Of a stretch of DNA of 64,000 nt, positions 57,903-64,000 are shown one piece after another. The position numbers and the translations under genes are program-made. The DNA is from Scenedesmus sp. PABB004 (lineage: Eukaryota). The stretch spans positions 868,001 to 932,000 of the forward strand of contig CM026547.1 in NCBI GenBank assembly GCA_014905635.1. Direction: 5' to 3'. How positions within the stretch are numbered: position 1 is the first letter of the stretch; every line of letters begins with the position of its first letter. Below the pieces are notes generated by a model, which was given only the letters and a program-made list of their open reading frames with translations, was not told the origin of the DNA and ran no database searches.

Positions 57903-58616
57903 TGCTGCTGCTTCTGCTCCTGCTCCAGTTGCTGCTGCTGGTGGTGCTGCTGCTGGTGGTGCTGCTGCTACGTCTGGGTCTGCTTCTGCTGGTGCTGGCG
58001 CTGGCAGTGTTGGTGCTGGTGGCGCTTGCGCCGCCGCTGCCGCCTGCGCCGCTGGGGGCGTGTCCGACTCTGCTATCGCGAAGCGCCGCTGGCTCGCGCC
58101 CGACGCGTCGACGGCCTCGTACGGCTCCACCAGCTCGGGCAGGCAGGTGATGAGCGGGACGAAGCTCGCCGCCGCGTGCGCCACGAGCTCCCGCAGCTGG
58201 AACGCGCCCGCCGGCGCCGCGGGCCCCGCCGCGGTCGCCGCGCCGACCGCGGCCGCCCAGCGCGCGTGCAGGCGCGCCGCGACGGCGGCGCGCAGCCGCG
58301 GCGGAAGCTCCTCGCCCACGACCGCCACACGGAGCGCGTCCGCGGGCGGCGGCGCGCGCAGCAGCGAGCCGCGCAGCCGCAGGCGCAGGCGCAGCGCCGG
58401 GACGTCGTAGTGCGCTGCCGCGGCGGGCGGCGCGTCGACGTCGACGCTCACCACGATCGGGAATGGCGGCGCGTCCACCGCTGCGCTGCCGTCCGCCGAC
58501 GGCGCCGCCGCCCGGCTCGCGCTCGCCCGCGACACGCGCGCGCCGGTCGCCGCCTTGAGCGCCAGCAGCTCCTCCTGCAGCCGCCGCAGCGCCGCCGCGT
58601 CCGGCGGCGCTGCCAT
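55368..58616 (-). CDS. Multi-zinc-finger protein with a C-terminal CHY-type finger (fission-yeast C18H10.09-like), 3 exons
   Basis: LPYNGSCKHYRHSHRWLRFPCCGGLYACDLCHEE..H...AKRQVCGFCSREQ...CRFCG...FWEGGQGCRD; upstream CxxC pairs (CGRC, CPVC, CAKC, CNHC). Confidence 0.82.
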
Positions 58617-58990
58617 CTGCTGCTGCACGGCGCGGCGGGCGGCTGCGTGCGGGGGGAGCGCGGTGCTCGCGCCGCGCGGCCGCGACGCCGCCGTGGGCCG
58701 CCGCCGACGCCTGCTCTGCTCGGCTGCAGTGACTGCGGGGGAGGGGAGCCCGCGCGCACTTGGTGAGCCCGCGGCGGCGCGCGAGCGGACGCGCCCGCGT
58801 CAGCAGCGGCGTCGCAGCGCCGCTGCAAGATCGCGTCCCGCGCCGGTGCTCCTCGGCACAACGTCGGGACAACGCACAGCTGCCGCGCGGCCCCAGGCGA
58901 CCAACGGGCGCGCGCAGCAGCAATCTCGGCCAGAGGCCCGCCTGCTGCGCGGTGCACGCCACCGGCCGGTCGTCCACGCCTGACTCAACC

Positions 58991-60279
58991 ATGCGCGCCT
59001 GCGCAGCGCGGCAGAGCCGGCCCCTGGGCGCGGGGCCCCGGCAGGCGAGCGCGGCTGTCGCTCCCGGCGCCAGCGCGCGCCCGATTGCCCGCCTGGCGGA
59101 CGCCCTGCGCCGCTCCCGGTCGGCCCTCTCCGCGAGGCCGGCAGGCACGCTCCGCGCCCTCACGCCCGCGCCGCGCCGCCGCTGCCCCCAGGTCGTCGCG
59201 CGCCGCCGGCCGGCGGGCGCGCCCGCGGCCGCGGGCAAGGGCTTCGGCGCGGCCGAGGGCAAGCAGGTGCGCCGGGTGGCTGCGTGGCGTGCTGCCGCGA
59301 CGCGACGGCGGGCCGCCGCAGCACAGGCGCCGCGCCGACGCCGTGCCCGAGGCCGCGCAGGCTGTGGACGCGGCGCCGACGGCGGCCGTGACGGAGCAGC
59401 CGCAGCAGCCGCAGCAGCCGGAGCAGCACCAGTCGCAGTCGCAGTCGCAGCCGTCGCCGCCAGCCGCCTCGCCCGCTGCCGCCGCGGACGGCAAGGAGGA
59501 GGCGCTCGAGGCGCTGCTGGTGCGGCCGCCGCCGCCGCCGCACGCGCGCGGCTCGCCCGCGCGCCCGCCCCGCGCGCCGCCCGACCCGCCCCTGCGCCGG
59601 CCGGCGGCGCGCGCAGCGCAAGCGCAAGAGCAGGAAGGGCCGCGTTGAGCCAAAGGTCAAGGTCGAGAGCGCGGTCGTGGACATGGCCACCGGCAAGGTC
59701 GCCACCAACCCGGCGGGCGAGGCCGAGACGCGCGTGATCCAGGTGGCGACCCACACGCGCACGGGCGCTGCACACACACGCGCACGGGCGCGCCGCACGC
59801 CCGGGGGCGGCCCGGGTCGCGTCGGCGCCGCCGCCGCCCGAGCCCGTGCGCGCCGCCCGCCCGCCGGCGCCGCCTCCCACGCTGGGGGCCGCCGCCCCGC
59901 GCGCCGCGCACGCGCGCCGCCCCCGCCTGCTGCTCGCCCCAGGTGCTGCTGGGCTTCTTTGGTATCCTCATGACCGAGGGCCTCGTGCTGGCGGCCTCGG
60001 TGCGCGGCGGGGCAGGCCCCGGCGCGCCCGCCGCACCTCGGCGCGGGCGGCGCGCGGCGCCGCGCCCGCCCCGGCGCCCGCGCCGACGCGCGCCGCGCGC
60101 GCGCGCGCGCCGCGCCGCGCCGCGCCGCGCAGGGCTTCCTGCCGGCCGAGTACGACGCGTGGGTGCAGGACGTGCTGTACCCGAGCTTCTCGCCACAGAT
60201 GCTGCTCTTCCTCGGCATGTCCAGCGCGTACGGGCTGTTCAAGACGGGCAAGCTGCCGGGGCAGGCGCAGATGAAGTGA
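58991..60279 (+). CDS. LPA2: LOW PSII ACCUMULATION 2-like thylakoid protein
   Basis: Transit-peptide-like N-terminus with KGFG; C-terminal TM pair VLLGFFGILMTEGLVLAAS|GFLPAEYDAWVQDVLYPSFSP...AYGLFK. Confidence 0.85.
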
Positions 60280-60721
60280 AGCGAGGGGCCGGGCCGGCGG
60301 CGGTAAACAGGCGTCGCCGCGAGACGCGCGCGGCGCGAGCCGCGTGCGCTGCGCTGCGCCGCGCGCGCCGCGCCGCGGTGCCGGCACCGGCGCGGCCGGC
60401 GGCGGCAGGCTCAGCCCTCCTCGCTCCACGCGCACGGCGCGGCGTGGCGCGCCCAGGATTGTGCCGCCACGGGTGCCGAGCAGCGGCGCCGTCGTCAAAA
60501 GCCCTGCTGCCGCCCAGCCTCCGCGCACGCCCTCCCCAGGCCCCAGGCGGTCTCGCGCGACACCCCTCGGCCGCCGCGGCCCGTCTAGCACACCGCCGCG
60601 CTCCTTAGGGCCAGGGCGATCTCCGCCAGGCCCCGCGCGCAGCGCAGGGCCCTCCGGTCCGTGCGCCCGCTGCTCCGTGCGCCGTGGCCGCCTGCCCGCG
60701 CGGCCGCGCTGCCCGGGCGCC

Positions 60722-62722
60722 ATGGCGCTGCCGGCGGGCTTCGGCGCGCCGCCGACGGCGGACGACGGCGCGGACCTCGCTGAAATCCTCGCCCGCGACA
60801 TCCCCTGGGAGACCTACATGACCGCCCGGCTCATAGCCGACAAGGACCTGCAGCTGATCCGGCGGTGAGGCCGCGCGGCGCCCCCCGGGGGCCGGCGGGC
60901 GCGCGCGGGCGCCGACCGCCGCTGCTTGCGCGCCCGCGCCCGCGCCCGCACCCGCGCGCCGCGGCACCCATGGCGGCGCCCGCGCGCGCCGCAGGTACGA
61001 CAAGCGCTCCGAGGAGCTGCAGGCGTCGCTGCTGGACGAGTCGGGCCCCGCGTACGTGGAGGCGTTCCTCGCCGTGCTCCGCAGCGTGACCAAGGAGGAG
61101 ACTGTGCAGTACATCCTCGCCCTGCTGCTCGCGATGCTGCGCGCCAACCCCTCGCGCGCGTCGCTCTTCCACGCCGCGGGCGACGCGCCCGGCGCGCCCG
61201 GCGGCGGCGAGCCCTACGGCGTCTTCCTGCGCCTGCTGCAGCGCAGCGACTGGTTCACGCAGGAGAAGGCGTGCGCGCTGCTCGCGGCGGTGCTGCGCGC
61301 GCGGCCGCACCGTGGCGCGCCCTTTGCCGCGCCGCCGGGCAGCAGCGCCGCGGCGGCGGCGGGCCCTGCCGCGCCGGCGGGGCCGGCCGACCCCGCCGAG
61401 GCGGCGATCGCGGCGTTTGTGGACTGGCTGTGCGGGCAGCTCCGGCGCCCAAGCAACCCGACCAAGGCGGTGCCGACCGCGGTGTCGGCGCTCGCGGTGC
61501 TGCTGCGCGACAAGGGCGGCCGCGCGCTCTTCACCGCCGCCGGCGGCGTGGCGCTGCTCGCGCCGCTGCTGCGCAGCTGCACCGGCCCGACCAGCAGCCA
61601 GCTCGCCTACGAGATCTGCCTCTGCATCTGGCAGCTCAGCTACCACAAGCCCGCGCTGCAGGCGCTCGCCGCGTCGGGTGCGCGCGAGCGCGCGGGGGCG
61701 GGCGGGCCGCGCCGCGCCGCCGCGGCGGCCGCCGGCTGCGCGGCGCCGGCGCCCGCCGACGCTGCCGCCGCGCCGCGCCGCCGCCGCCGCCGCGCCGCGC
61801 AGGCGTGGCCAAGGGCCTGGTCGAGGTCGTGCGCGGCGCTCAAAAGGAAAAGGTCGTCCGCGTGGCCCTGCTCTCGCTGCGCAACCTGCTCGCCGAGCCA
61901 GAGCTCGGCCTCGCGAGCGACATGGTCGACGCCGGCCTGCCCAAGGTGCTGGCCACGCGCAGTCTGCAGGTGTGTGTGTGTGCGCGCGGGCCGGGGGCGC
62001 CACGGGCGCGGCGCCGGGCTGCCGCGCGGCGGCGGCGGCGCGCGCTCCAGGGCCCAGAGCCCACGCCTCGCCGCGCCGCGCCGCGCAGTCGTGGGGCGAC
62101 GAGGACATCCCGGCCCTGCTGGAGTCGCTGTCCGACGCGCTCAAGGAGCAGGCGGTGGCGCTCTCCAGCTGGGACAAGTACAAGAAGGAGGTGACCCAAC
62201 GCCACCGCCCACAGCAGCGGCCCGGCTCAGCGCGCGCGCGCGCATGCGGCAGCGCCGCGTGCGCTGCAGCCGGCGCGGCGGCGCGCGGCCTCCGACGCGC
62301 CGCGCGCCGCGCGCCCGCCCTCGCCGCGCCAGGTGCTGAGCGGCAGCCTCGACTGGAGCCCCATGCACGGCAGCGAGCTCTTCTGGCGGCAGCACGTCGA
62401 CAAGTTTGAGGAGAAGGACTTCCAGACGCTGCGCGTGCTGCTGAAGCTGCTCGAGACGTCGCGCGAGACGCGCACGCTCGCGGTCGCGTGCAACGACGTC
62501 GGGCGGTTCGTCGAGTTCCACCCGCACGGCCGCTTCATCGTGTCCGACCTGCGCGGCAAGGAGCTCATCATGCGGCTCATGAGCCACCCCGACCCGGAGG
62601 TCCAGAAGCGCGCGCTGCTGGCGGTGCAGAAGATCATGCTGCCCCGCGACAAGCTCGGCTTCATCGCCGCCGCGGCGGGCGGCGGCGGCGGCGGCGCGCC
62701 GGGCGCGACCGCGAGCGCGTGA
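60722..62722 (+). CDS. VHA-H: V-type proton ATPase subunit H (5 exons)
   Basis: RDIPWETYMTARLI, KEETVQY, LCIWQLSY, KEKVVRV, YKKEVLSGSLDWSPMH..ELFW, FEEKDFQ.LRVL, LAVACND, ALLAVQK; TGTAA at 62825. Confidence 0.96.
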
Positions 62723-63947
62723 GCCGGCGGCGGCGGCGGCGGCCGGTGTGTGGGCGGCGCGGGGGAGGTTACAGATTTGCGGTCCGCCAAGATCCAAGGC
62801 CCGATCGCCAGATGGGGCCGCCGCTGTAACGAGGGCCCCGCCGCCGCGACGCGCATAGCATAGCATAGGGCCAGCACCACCACCCGCCGGCAGCCAGCCA
62901 GGCCCGGCGGGGCAAGACGCCCCGCGCCGCCGTTCTTGGGAGAGGAAGAACCGGCTGCTGCTGCTCGCGATCATAAACAAACAGACGGCCAGACGGCTGG
63001 CCGCTAGTGCAGTGCCGCAGACGCAGACGACGGCGCAGCGCGCCAGGAGGCAAGGGGCCGCACGCGCGGCGCCGACGCGCGCGCTCAGGTGGCGCGGGTT
63101 CACAAGCAGGCCGGGGCTCAGATCATGATGGTCATTGGTTGAAGGGGGGGCGGGGCGCAAACACGACGCAGACACGCGACGCAGGCCAGGCGACAAAGGG
63201 AGCGCCGATTGTGTGCGAGCTTGCTGGCGCGGCGGCGGGCCGAGTGCCCCGCCCGCGAGCCCGAGCCGGCGCGCGCAGCGCCGGCGATCCCTGCCCCGCC
63301 GTCACCGTGTGTGCGTTTGAGGGTGCGCGTGCTGTGCCCCGGCACGCACACACGCGCACACCCTCCCCGGCCATCATCAGGCCGACGCGACGCCCAGCAG
63401 GACTAGCAACAACGGTGTGGTGCGACCCAAAGTTTGCAAGGAAGTAAACCTCGGGTGGCGACGGGGCGGGGCGGCGCGGGCGCGCTGACCAAGCGGCCGC
63501 GCTGCGCCCGCCCGCTCGCTCGCGACAGCCCACGCGCGGACGCGCGCGCCGTCCTCGGTGCAGCGCGGGGCAGTCCTGCCTGCGCGCCGCCGCTGGTGCG
63601 CCAGCAGCGCGCGGCGCGCCCCTGATTCGCATTCACACGCACCAGAGCGGACACCGCCCGTCCGCGCCCCTGCCCCAAGTGAAGAGAGTTCACGGACCTG
63701 GCCAAAGGCACACAAGCAATCAATGCCCCCAGACACCTGGTGCTTGTTAGTAACGTCTTGGGCGCCGGCGTGTGCATAGTACGGTGTGCGTGGTTGTGTG
63801 GGTGTTGTGCAGGTCGTCTGTGCGTGCGCGAGCGCGCGTGCGCACGCACGCGCGCGTCGGCGCGCGCGCACGCCCGGTGGCGCGCGCGGCTCGGTCGCGC
63901 CCTTTGGGCGGCCCAGCCGCCGCGGCGCGGCTGGCTCCGCGGCTGGC

Positions 63948-64000
63948 TCACTGCCCCGAGTGCTGCTGCTGGAACGTCTGCGCCGCCGGCGCGGGGGCGC
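63948..64000 (-). CDS. 3' end of a gene entering from the right edge
   Basis: ...APAPAAQTFQQQHSGQ* with TGA at 63950-63948, followed by UTR-like sequence. Confidence 0.5.
   Translation of the reverse strand, partial: APAPAAQTFQQQHSGQ

Noticed and set aside
1..64000. Selenoprotein UGA readthrough, alternative genetic code, tRNA/rRNA genes, viral or transposase genes
   Set aside because: No in-frame stops inside conserved exons and no recognisable RNA-gene or mobile-element coding signatures by eye; covariance-model searches were not run

Overview
Eukaryotic nuclear DNA, extremely GC-rich (roughly 75-80% by eye), gene-dense and intron-rich. It is most consistent with a chlorophyte green alga, probably Sphaeropleales-like (inference from UGUAA poly(A) signals, GYGCG splice donors, and LPA2 and DUF506 genes). 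Most ORFs in the supplied track are GC-driven artefacts, so I rebuilt genes by manual splicing: about 21 complete genes plus 2 partial ones. In order: CIA1/CIAO1 WD40, an LRR protein, glutamate decarboxylase, an OPR-like organellar protein, DDB1, a single-pass receptor-like TKL kinase, a secreted Pro/Gly-rich Cys-domain protein, symplekin, a Tudor-like/AT-hook/RGG/Rid-fold fusion, a coiled-coil protein, a divergent cyclin-box protein, a VIM/ORTH (UHRF1-like) SRA-RING protein, a PHOSPHO-type HAD phosphatase, a GPI-type surface protein, a conserved green-lineage unknown, a GCK-domain protein, an 80-aa unknown, a DUF506 protein, a CHY zinc-finger protein, LPA2 and V-ATPase subunit H. The most notable observations are: (1) a putative chromatin protein fusing Tudor-like, 3 AT-hooks, an RGG box and an apparently catalytically dead RidA/YjgF domain; (2) a near-perfect ~500-bp inverted duplication bracketing the last three exons of a gene; (3) about one in six introns using AG|GC donors; (4) a PHD-less VIM/ORTH with a CUE-like domain; (5) tandem exon-plus-intron amplification; (6) five small frameshifts, probably assembly errors, four of which fall into two recurring sequence contexts. 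Family assignments rest on recalled motifs, not database searches.
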